A stretch of 63,821 nucleotides of DNA from NCBI RefSeq assembly GCF_000142905.1, contig NW_013657658.1, positions 124,001-187,821 of the forward strand. The letters are read 5' to 3'. Origin of the DNA: Thecamonas trahens ATCC 50062 (Eukaryota > Protista > Apusomonadida). Below are positions 1 through 9,490 of this stretch, piece after piece. Below the pieces are notes generated by a model. That model made no database searches, was not told the origin of the DNA, and worked only from the letters and a program-made list of their open reading frames with translations. Both the position numbers and the translations under genes were made by a program. Position 1 is the first letter of the stretch; every line of letters starts with the position of its first letter.

Positions 1-937
1 ACGTCCCATGGCCGGAGCACATGTTGAGACATGCCGAGTCGGCCCCACGGTTGCCCTGCTGGCAGTGGCTTCCAGTCACGCCGCCAAAGCACAGGCACGA
101 CACTGCGTCCGACTCCTCGTCGTCGTACACACACCAGCCCTGCCCGGAGCAGTAGCCCAGCGAAGCGCAACGGTCAATCGGAGCAAAGAGCGGCACGCTG
201 TCCTCGTCCTCATCGATGAGGTACAGCTCGCCAGACTCACGCCGGAGTGCGCCGATTCGCCGCAGCCGGAGCTCGGCAGGGCGGGTGAGTGCCACGCCCA
301 ATGCCACCTCAGCGTCGCTTATCTCTACACACCGGATGGGTCTGTGACCGTCGCGATACTGGTGCATCCGCCAAAACTCGGCCGCCTCGAGCCGCGAGAG
401 CGAGCGCAGCAGCGCGCCACACCGTCGCAGACAGGCGCACCTCACCGGCGCCGCGCCCCGCGGACGCGGCCCTTTGTCTGATACCAGCGCTGGCGCGATG
501 CACCGAACAAAGACGCCGAGTCGGTCGATTTGCTCGGCGTGGTACTCGGGCGCGTCTCGTGCGGCGCGTCCCAGCGGTGCCAGAACGCCATGCCCGCCCG
601 TCGCCTCCCGCCACGCCTCCGCCGACGCCAGCTCGCAGGCGGCCATGTGATGCGCGGCGCAGAGTGCAGAGATACGGGTGGCAGGCAAAGCATTGCCTGC
701 CTCACGTTCTGCCTTGCCACACACACACCCGCCAGCGGCGCTCATCGCATCGTCCGGGCTCCACCAGACCTGGCCGGTGAGGCAGTCGTGGCGTGGCCGC
801 TGGCTGCCGTGGGCCACGCGGACTGAGCCGTCGCCACCTCCTGCCCCACGCCAGATGGCCAGTAGCAGCCTGGCAGCAAGCAGCGCGAGAACGGCTACAG
901 CCACAACTTTCCGCCTGCCATGTAGTACTGGCGGCAT
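1..937 (-). CDS. Type II membrane protein with EGF-like repeats (runs off the left edge; possibly exostosin/GT47-like)
   Basis: Hand-translated stop-free frame from ATG 937 to the window edge; not in the ORF track. It begins MPPVLHGRRKVVAVAVLALLAARLLLAIW (basic residues plus hydrophobic anchor) and later reads CASLGYCSGQGWC...CLCFGGVTGSHC and CLNMCSGHGT (EGF-like Cys spacing). Confidence 0.7.
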   Translation of the reverse strand, partial: MPPVLHGRRKVVAVAVLALLAARLLLAIWRGAGGGDGSVRVAHGSQRPRHDCLTGQVWWSPDDAMSAAGGCVCGKAEREAGNALPATRISALCAAHHMAACELASAEAWREATGGHGVLAPLGRAARDAPEYHAEQIDRLGVFVRCIAPALVSDKGPRPRGAAPVRCACLRRCGALLRSLSRLEAAEFWRMHQYRDGHRPIRCVEISDAEVALGVALTRPAELRLRRIGALRRESGELYLIDEDEDSVPLFAPIDRCASLGYCSGQGWCVYDDEESDAVSCLCFGGVTGSHCQQGNRGADSACLNMCSGHGT

Positions 938-942
938 CGACA

Positions 943-944
<2 letters not shown>

Positions 945-990
<46 letters not shown>
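945..990. repeat. (GT)n microsatellite
   Basis: Pure GT dinucleotide run just upstream of the ATG at 937. Confidence 0.95.
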
Positions 991-991
<1 letters not shown>

Positions 992-1187
992 GAGGAGTGA
1001 GTGAGATGTGGAGCACCGTAGCACCGTAGTGCCCGAGAGGCAGGTTCAGGTTGAGACGACTGCCAAGCACACCACGCAGGCAAGGAGAGGGCTTTGCCCA
1101 GCAGGCGACCATGAAAGCCAAACTCAATGGGCTCGGGCTCGGCTCCATGATCTACTCTTTTACATCAACGCCACCACCACCAGCAAG

Positions 1188-2113
1188 CTACAGGTTGCCG
1201 AGGTGCTCGCGGATGACGTCCTCGGACAGCAGGCGGAACTTGCCGGTCTCGACATCGACGACGCCGACCTCAATGTTGGTCTCGTCCATCTCGCCGTCAA
1301 AGCCGTCCTTAAGGGTGAGGAGGGCGGTGTGGACAGCGTCTTCGAGATCGAGATCCTCGGTGTAGCGCTTCTCGAGGAACTTGCGGGCCGAGATGTAGTT
1401 CTTGCCGATGGCCGCCGCCTTCCACGCCCAGTACGAGCCGGACGGATCGACCTGGAACAGGTGCGGGCCGGTCTCGTCGCAGCCTGCCACCAGGAGCGAG
1501 ACGCCGAACGGCCGAACGCCGCCCGACTGGGTGTACTCCTGCATGACCGAGGCGAGCTCGCGGACGGTCTCCTGGGTCGGCGACGCCTCGAGATAGGTGC
1601 GGTAGTATGCCTGGGCCGCTTTGCGGCCCTTGCGGAGGAGGACCTTAAAGTCCGGGCCCATACCGGCGTATGTCACGCCCGTCGCCTCGTTGAGCATGGC
1701 CACCTTTTCCACCGACTCGGCCTCGATCAGCAGCGACGGCATCTTCTTCTCGGTGGCAATGACCACTCCGTTGGCGGCTGGACGGGAGAGGGGGGGGAGG
1801 AGGGGAGGAGAGGGTGTGTGTGCTCATGAGTGGTAGACAGGCGGGGAGGAGGGGAGGGAAGGAGGGAAGGTAGGCTCGAGGCTGGCGTGTGTGGAGGGGG
1901 AGGACAGGGCGTGGGGGTGGGCAGGGGACTGACAAGGTCGGGTCGCCTCCTGCACAGGTCGCACTCGGGCGGGGCGAGGGCAGGCTACGTACCCTTAATA
2001 CCGATGGTGGTGGCACCCTGTGAGACTGCGTTGAGGGCATACTCAATCTGGAGCAGCTTTCCCGACGGCGAGAAGGTCGTGAGGGAGAACGAGTACCGCG
2101 TGCCCATGGACAT
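1188..2113 (-). CDS. PSMA2: 20S proteasome subunit alpha type-2 (2 exons: 2113-1993, 1777-1188)
   Basis: Exon 1 reads [27 protein letters not shown] (alpha-subunit signature). A GTACGT..CAG intron at 1992-1778 joins in frame to [11 protein letters not shown]...[15 protein letters not shown]. Confidence 0.95.
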
Positions 2114-2310
2114 GGTGGTCTAGTGGTAGCGACGGGTGCCGCCTGCTGGTGGCTGGCGGTCTTTTGACTCGCTTCGCCGCCCGTCGCCCACTGCCGGCTT
2201 TGTTCGCCGGCCTGGCACCCCAGCCGACCGAGACCTTCTCGAGCCGGCTACATGGCACTGATGGAGACTAAAGGCTCAACTTCTCCACAAATCGGCTAGT
2301 ACAAGCTAGT

Positions 2311-3831
2311 TTAGCTGGCGGCAGGTGGTGCATCGTCGCCCACGACCGTCGCTGCATCCTTGCCCACAACCGCCTTGGCAGCCACGCCCGCCGCGCCCTC
2401 GAGCCCGCTCGCGCCCGCGACAATCGCAGCATCGATCGCGGCAGCGCGCTGGGCAGCGACGTCGGCCGGGGTGGAGACAGCAGCGACAGCATCGCTGTAC
2501 TTGCGGCGCATGGTGGTGACGATGTGGTTATTGACATCAAAGTCGTCCTCGGCCCAGTAGGGAAGCGGCGTGGTGAAGACACGCTGCTCGAGGTCGTTGT
2601 CTGGAGGAAGGTCCTCGCCGGGGAAGAACTCGTAGCGGAGGGCGTGGAGCCAGAGCTCGAGAGCGTGGCCAGAAATGTCTTTGTACACTTCTTGGCCGTT
2701 GCACATCTCGCAGATCTCGTCGTAGTTGGGCGAGGAGGGGTCGACGGGCCCGCAGCGGGCAAGCGACTCGGGCTCGGCCTCTGCGCGCGCAGAGAGCGCA
2801 GCGCGGTGTGCCTCGTTGTACAGCGGGTCGTTGGAGATGGGGAAGCCGAGGTGAAGAAGGTGGAGGCGGATCTGGTGTGTGCGGCCTGTCAGCGGCTTGC
2901 AGCGGATGACCGACGAGCCGTCGGCGGTTGAGACGCGCTCGAAAATGGTGGACGCCTCCTTGCCGCCCGACTCGACCACGCCCATCTGACCAGTGCGGCC
3001 GTCGAGCTTGTCGAGGCGGGCATCGACACGGAGGACGCCCGGCGGAAACTCGCCGTCGACCCGGGCCAGATAAGTCTTGGAGACGCGGCGGGCCTTGATG
3101 GCCTCCGAGTACTTGCGGCCGGCGTTCTGGTCCTTGCCAAACAGGAGCAGGCCCGAGGTGACGCGATCTAGCCGGTAGAGCGGCCAGAGCGAGAGGTAGC
3201 TGCGACGACCGAGGAGGAAGACCACGGTGTTGTGGCGGAAGCGGCCGCAGGGGTGGACCGGGATGGAGCACGGCTTGTTCACGGCGAGGATGGCGTCCGT
3301 CTCGGCGAGAACCTCGGGCTCGATGTCGAGGACGGGCGGCTCGTGGCGGTGCATCTCGTGGGTCATCCAGTCGTTGTCGCGGAGGACAAGCTCGGGCGAG
3401 ATGATCTGGTCCTGGATGCGCAGTCGGCCGGCGGCGCAGGCTTTGCGGATGTACTCGGGCGAGGAGCCAACAAACTCGGTCTCAAACAGGCCGGCCACGG
3501 TCTGGCCGAGCCAGCGCTTCCGGGCGTTGGCCACGTAGGTAAAGTAGTATGGAACAACGCCGCGGAGGCCACCGGGCAGCTTCTCGTACTCGGTCTCTGC
3601 GAGCATGCGCGGCATGGACGAGACCGTCTTGCCCTTCAGCCGCGGCTGTGGCCGCTTCTCGATCCCGCGGTCGTCGACCTTGAACACGTAGCCGGCGGCG
3701 AGCTTCTGCCGCTTGCGCCTCCGGGCGTCCTCCAGGGCACTCTCTCCGGCTTTGCCCGTCTCGCCATCTGCCGGGGGGGAGGGCGATGCCTCGCGCTTGC
3801 CCTTTCCTTGTGGGCGGGATGAGGCCGACAT
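2311..3831 (-). CDS. RluA-family pseudouridine synthase (RPUSD2/Pus9-like)
   Basis: Motifs HEMHRHEPPV, VNKPCSIPVHP, RLDRVTSG (catalytic Asp), TGRTHQIRLH and LWLHALRY. Likely ATG at 3831. Confidence 0.9.
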   Translation of the reverse strand: MSASSRPQGKGKREASPSPPADGETGKAGESALEDARRRKRQKLAAGYVFKVDDRGIEKRPQPRLKGKTVSSMPRMLAETEYEKLPGGLRGVVPYYFTYVANARKRWLGQTVAGLFETEFVGSSPEYIRKACAAGRLRIQDQIISPELVLRDNDWMTHEMHRHEPPVLDIEPEVLAETDAILAVNKPCSIPVHPCGRFRHNTVVFLLGRRSYLSLWPLYRLDRVTSGLLLFGKDQNAGRKYSEAIKARRVSKTYLARVDGEFPPGVLRVDARLDKLDGRTGQMGVVESGGKEASTIFERVSTADGSSVIRCKPLTGRTHQIRLHLLHLGFPISNDPLYNEAHRAALSARAEAEPESLARCGPVDPSSPNYDEICEMCNGQEVYKDISGHALELWLHALRYEFFPGEDLPPDNDLEQRVFTTPLPYWAEDDFDVNNHIVTTMRRKYSDAVAAVSTPADVAAQRAAAIDAAIVAGASGLEGAAGVAAKAVVGKDAATVVGDDAPPAAS

Positions 3832-4090
3832 GTGGGGTGGAGTGTAAGGGGGATGGAGGGAAGATGGACGAGTTGGGGGTTCGACTGCGAGGCGCGATAC
3901 TTGGGCATGGTCTCTGCATGGCATGCGGCGATGGAGTTGGAATAGGAAGCAGGTGTGGGATCACCACCACCAAGGCAAGACGCCACACACTTCCATCGGC
4001 ATCTCCTGCTCCACGCATCGGCCGAGGTCGGCTTGTGATTCGTCCGCACCCCTCCCCCCCCCCCTACCCCCCCCTCCCCCCCCCCCTACC

Positions 4091-4190
4091 NNNNNNNNNN
4101 NNNNNNNNNNNNNNNNNNNNNNNNNNNNNNNNNNNNNNNNNNNNNNNNNNNNNNNNNNNNNNNNNNNNNNNNNNNNNNNNNNNNNNNNNN
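4091..4190. other. Assembly gap (N run)
   Basis: 100 Ns preceded by poly-C. Confidence 1.
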
Positions 4191-4334
4191 GGCCCCCTTG
4201 TTGCCAGCTCGAGCTGAGCAGAGTAGAGCAAAATCCCCCCTCCTGCTCGGCCTCCCCCCTCCCCCACCCCCTTCCCATTCCATCGCCCTTCCTCGTCCTC
4301 CCTCTCGCGCCGTCTCACAGCTCCTCCACTACAG

Positions 4335-5806
4335 ACCTGACCCACCCGGGTATCTCCAAGTGCACGTGGAAGCCCAACACGGACGAGCCGTCGCCGCACC
4401 GGCACTTCCGGGCGCCGATCAAGACCGACACGGTGATGGACGATGCTCTGGAGGCCATCGGGAACACGCCGCTGATTCGGCTTAACCGGGTGACTCGGGA
4501 CGAGCTCAAGTGTCAGGTCCTGGCCAAGTGCGAGTTCTTCAACGCCGGTGGCTCGCTCAAGGATCGCATCGGCTTCCGCATGGTGGAGGACGCGCTGGCG
4601 GCGGGCCGGATCAAGCCGGGCGACACCATCATCGAGCCGACGAGCGGCAACACCGGAATCGGCCTCGCCATGACCTGCGCCGTCCGCGGGCTCAACTGCA
4701 TCATTGTCATGCCGGAGAAGATGTCGATGGAGAAGGAGAACGTGCTCCGCGCGCTCGGGGCGGACGTCATCCGCTCGCCCAACGATGCCGCCTGGGACTC
4801 GCCCGAGTCGCACATCGGCATTGCCTTCCGCCTCGCTGACGAGCTGCCCAACGCGCACGTGCTCGACCAGTACCTCAACCCGTCGAACGTGCTCGCTCAC
4901 TACGACGGAACCGGTGCCGAGATCTGGGACCAGACCGGCGGCAAGGTCGACATGCTCGTTGTGGCCACCGGAACCGGCGGCGCCATCACCGGCACTGCAC
5001 GCCGGCTGAAGGAGCTCAACCCGGACATCCAGATCGTGGGTGCGGATCCTGAGGGCTCTATTCTCGCCGGACCGGGCCCTGTGACGCCGTACGAGGTGGA
5101 AGGCTCCGGCTACGACTTTATGATCCCGGTCCTGCAGCACGACCTTGTCGACACGTGGGTGAAGACCAACGATCGCGAGACCTTTAAGTTTGCGCGCCGC
5201 CTCATCGCTGAGGAGGGCCTCCTTTGCGGCGGCTCGTCAGGCTCGGTCATCCAGGCTGTTGTGGAGGCCGGCAAGGACCTTCGCGAGGACCAGACCGCGG
5301 TCGTCATTCTTCCGGACTCGATCCGCAACTACCTCTCCAAGTTTGTGAGCGACACCTGGATGGACGACACCGGCCTGCACACGGATCCGGTCCGCGACGC
5401 CGCCACCAAGGTCTGGCGCGAGCAGGACGCCATGTCGCTCTACCCGGAGGAGCCCATCCCGCTCTTCAACGAGTCCAACGTGCTCAACGCCGTCGAGGCG
5501 CTCAACGCCACCTTCAAGGCCGGCAACGCCCGCGTCGTGGCTGTCGCTGACGGCTCGGGCAAGTACCTTGGTGTCGTTTCTGAGTCGCAGGTCTTCAACC
5601 ACCTCACGACTTCGTCCGGCGGCTCGTCGTCCGACGCCATCACGAGCATCAAGGGCTTTGACTCGTTCCCGGTCGTCAAGCGCGACGATCCGCTGCGCCA
5701 CATCGTTCGCGTCGTCCGCGCCAAGGGCTTTGCTGTCATGGAGAACGAGGACGGGACCCACGGCGGCATCGTCACGCCGCAGACTGTGCTCAACCACCTC
5801 GCCTAG
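4335..5806 (+). CDS. CBS: Cystathionine beta-synthase (first exon not resolved, possibly in the gap)
   Basis: Heme-type N-terminal CTW...PHRH, PLP lysine in NAGGSLKDRI, EPTSGNTGIGLA, GTGGAITG, and a divergent C-terminal CBS-pair region. Putative acceptor AG at 4333-4334. Confidence 0.92.
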
Positions 5807-6027
5807 CTCGCCCTAACTCTCCCAAGGCGGGCGATGCCCACCATCAAACTATGATTGTCTGTACCTGCACCCTGCTACTGGTTGGCTGTGCGTGAACGTG
5901 CCATGTCCAGAGCAGAGCCTCTGCCCTGCCCGTCTCCGCCCCTCCCCGTCCCCCTACACCTGACTCTCTCTTTCACACCGCACCCCGCACCTTGGTCGAC
6001 GTGGTGGTGGTGGTGGTGGCGGCGGAC

Positions 6028-9000
6028 ATGCAGGACGCACATGTGGCCTTTGCAGGCAGAACAGCACACAAGATCCGCAGCATAGCCGTCCATCCTGTCC
6101 ACCCCTGGGTAGTCGCTTGTGACGCCCGAGAGACCGTCACCTGGTGGGACTACAGACACAAGGTACGGGAACGCAGCCATAGAGACAGGCTGCCACCAAC
6201 GTGTCACTCCATGTGCCCCCCCCCCCCCCCCCCCCTCCCCCCCCCTCCCCCCTCCCCCGTTGCACGTCTCACTCACGCATACATGTGGTGGGCAGGTCGT
6301 CCTCAAGGAACTCGCCCTCTCAGCCCTCGACGACGAGAAGCGGGCAAACTGGGCGCTGCTGCGGCAAGTGGAAAAAGCCGCAGACTTTACGGGCCCGGGC
6401 TTGGGGCTGACCAGCGGGAGTGCGCCTAAAGCCGAGAAGATTGGTGCCATCGTCGGCGTTGCCTTTGCCGATCCGCACTTGCACCGCTGGGCCGCGCCCG
6501 AGCCCCACTCCAGCGGCGGCGACGACGAGTTTGCCGACGACCGCGGCGCAGGCCGCAGCGACGGTGGCGCCCCAGGCACCCGCTCCGCTCCGCGGCGCCA
6601 CCACTGGATTGTTGTTGTCGCCGAGTACCGCGTCTTTATGCTCGAGTACACGTCGTCGGTCGTTCATGTCCTCGAGCGCGTCCATCTGGAAAAGCCCGTC
6701 GCGGCCTTTGCCATGCTCCACGCCTGCTATCAGATCGTCCTCGGCGGGACCGACGGCGTCATCCGTGTCTGGGACGCTGCCGAAGAGCGCATGGTTGCCC
6801 GCCTCTCGGGTGCGCACACAAAGGCCGTGAGCCACCTCGTCGTCGCCTCGGCGCAGAAGCCGATCCTCATGTCGGCTGCCTCGGGCGAGGTCGCCCTCTG
6901 GGATCTGGAGAGTGAGACCCTTCTCCATCTCATCCCCAAAGTCCACTCCGGCTCGCTGCTTTCCCTCGCCGTCGGTACCGATCCCGCCCTCATGTACTCG
7001 GTCGGCTCTGACAAGAAGCTTGCCGTCTACACCGACGGCGACGGAGGCCACGTCAACCTTGTCTCGCTGCCATCAAAGGCACCTCCCGTTGTTGCTCTCA
7101 CGCCTGCACGCTCGCCGCGCTTTGGCTCCGCCTCCATGCTTGCTATTCGCGAAAAGGACTCGCATCTGTACGTCGTCCGCGTCGACGGTGCCGCAGCTCT
7201 CGTCTCGCCCATACTCGATCTGCGCCGTCTGCTCCTCGACATTGCTCCGGGCCTCAAAAAGAAGGACAAAGTGCGGCTCGTCCACTGCGAGTCCCACAGC
7301 CTCCACTCGCACGAGATAATCGTCGCTACCGCAGACGCTGTCTTGGTCGTCGCCCTCGACGCCTCGTCACACGACGCGCCGCCGACAGCCATTGCCGGCG
7401 TCGCCCCCTTCCGCGCCCTCGCCACCGCTACCCGCTCTGCCTACATGCTTGTAGACGCGTGTCTTGCCTCGCTTGCCCTCTCTGAGAACATGCTTCGCGC
7501 CGGCGCCTATGCCTCTGCCGCCACTGCAACGCACTTGGTCCCTCTCGCTACTCTGCCACGCTCCGGCGTTGCCAAGCTTGCGCTCTCGCCGTCGGAAAAG
7601 TACCTTGCTGTGCTCTTTGCCGACGCTCGCGAGGCCGTCATTTACGACACCTCCTCCTGGGCCGTTGTCCACCGCGCGTCCGCCGTCCTCGACCTCGCCT
7701 GGGCTTCTGGCCTTGATCTCGACGCCTTTGCCGTCTGCTTGCAGGCTCCGCAAGACGCTCGCGACGCCATCCTAGCCGACGTCGCCGTCGCCGAAAAGAG
7801 CACCAAGCGTGAGGCGAGGTGGGACGTCAAGCTCTCCAGCCTTGTCCCTCCACGCCACGGCGAGGCCCTCGCTGCCACTGTCTCCGTCTCTGTCATCGAC
7901 TCTGCTGGCCAGGTCTCGGTCACTGCTGCGTCGGTTGCGCTGCCTGCCATGCCCGACCACGTCGCCTCACTCTCGTCCGCCACACCCGCGTCCGACTCGG
8001 GCCTGCACCCGCTCGCTGCGCACCCTGCCGTCGTTCAACTGTTCTCAGGCCCGCTGCTCGGCATTGGCTTTCTGCGCCCCGAGCGCCGCCTCGCACCCAC
8101 GGTTGAGCCGTCGGCGGCCGACGGCGCGCCCCGCTACGAGTGGCGCCTTGTCCGCCACCTTGTCTTTGTCGACTGGTCCGAGCACAAGGTTGTTGGCCAC
8201 CCCATGGAGCTGCCGCGCGCGTTGGTGTGGGATGTGTGCCACGGGGCGCGCGTCGCCGTCGCCTACGACTCTCACCTCGTTGTCGCCGAGGCCGGCCCTT
8301 CCGGCGTGCTCGAGTCGGTCTGCAGGGCCCCGTTCCGCCTCACCTCGGCGGTCTGGTTCAACAACTCGTTGCTGTTCGCCACCGCAAGCGAGATTCGCGT
8401 CCTCTTCCCGTCGCGCCTCGCGGCGTCCACCTGGCTTCTGGCCTCGTATGCTGTCCCACCCGCGCTCGCCGGCAGCTGCGGGCCTGGCCAGGGCGAGACC
8501 GCGCTCGCCGACCAGCTCCGCCCCGCCGGCGCCATTGCGCTCCTCGGCGTCGTCGACGACGCCCTACTTGTTCTCGACACCCGCAACCGGGTCACTCCCA
8601 TCTCGCTCGCTGCAGCCGCCCTCAAGTTCCGCCTGCTTTCCACCGCTGGCGAACACGCGGGCGCGCTGCAGTGGGCACAGGTCATCCACGCAAGCCACTG
8701 CGCCGAGCTCGCAGCCTTTCTCGAGGCCCGCGGCGCGGTCGCCTCGGCCCTCGCCGTCCCGCACCTCGATCTCTGGTCGCGCTTTGCCATCTGCATCCGC
8801 GCCGGCGAGCTTGCCTCGGCCCTTGAGTGCGCACTGGAGCGCGCCCGGGCCGTGGGCAAGGTCCTGCTCGACGTTCGGACCGCAGCTGGTGCTGCCGATG
8901 ACGACCCCGCACACGAAGCCGGCCACACCTCGCGCGTTCTGGCCGGTGTCGAGCCCATCCAGCTCCCAGCGCGAGCCCCGCTGCCGCTATTTGGCTCGCC

Positions 9001-9484
9001 GCCGCGCTGGGCCGCCGACGATGCGCTCGACGGCGAGTCGCTCGCCCGCAACGTCCGCGACGCCGTCGCTCACCTTGTCCTTGTCGCCGAGCTCGCGGGG
9101 CGTGCAGAGCCAATGGCGCTCAAAGTCGTCGTCCAGGCCTACTCGGCCGCCGGCGAGCTCGACCCGCGTGCCTATCTCTCGCTGGCACTGTTCTTCTGGG
9201 AGGCCTCACTCGTCGACCTTCTCCGCGCCCTCCTCGACCAGCTCCGGGCCAAAAGCCTCCTCGACGCGGCCATCTTTGTCGCAGCCCTCCTCGAGGACGG
9301 CGAGGAGCTGCGCACCTCCCTAGTCGCCTGCGATCGACTCGGTGAGGCCCTCGCCGTCACCGATGGCTGGCGCCTGGGCCAGCGCCACGTCCTCGCCCAA
9401 GTGTGGGAGCGTCGGCGGCAATCTCCCGCTGGCCCGTCCATCAACATGAGTGCCGGTGTGGCTGATCGCGTCAGCCGCCAGTAA
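6028..9484 (+). CDS. TSET/TPLATE complex WD40 subunit, TTRAY2/TWD40-2-like (exons 6028-6162, 6296-9484)
   Basis: The N-terminus KIRSIAVHPVHPWVVACDARETVTWWDYRHK|VVLKEL and RHHWIVVVAEYR resemble the plant TWD40-2 N-terminus as recalled. Beta-propeller region followed by a helical region. Phase-0 GTACGG..CAG intron. Confidence 0.72.
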
Positions 9485-9490
9485 AGCAGC

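Noticed and set aside
3923-4334. ORF extensions through N gaps and C-rich leaders (also around 41672 and 46352)
   Set aside because: Artefacts of translating Ns and stop-poor poly-C sequence.
7809-9323. Long alternative-frame and antisense ORFs (also 19678-21558, 23488-24864, 28221-29504, 33438-34898 and many others)
   Set aside because: Shadow ORFs expected from high GC and strong codon bias. They are Arg/Pro/Ser-rich with no domains and overlap better-supported genes.
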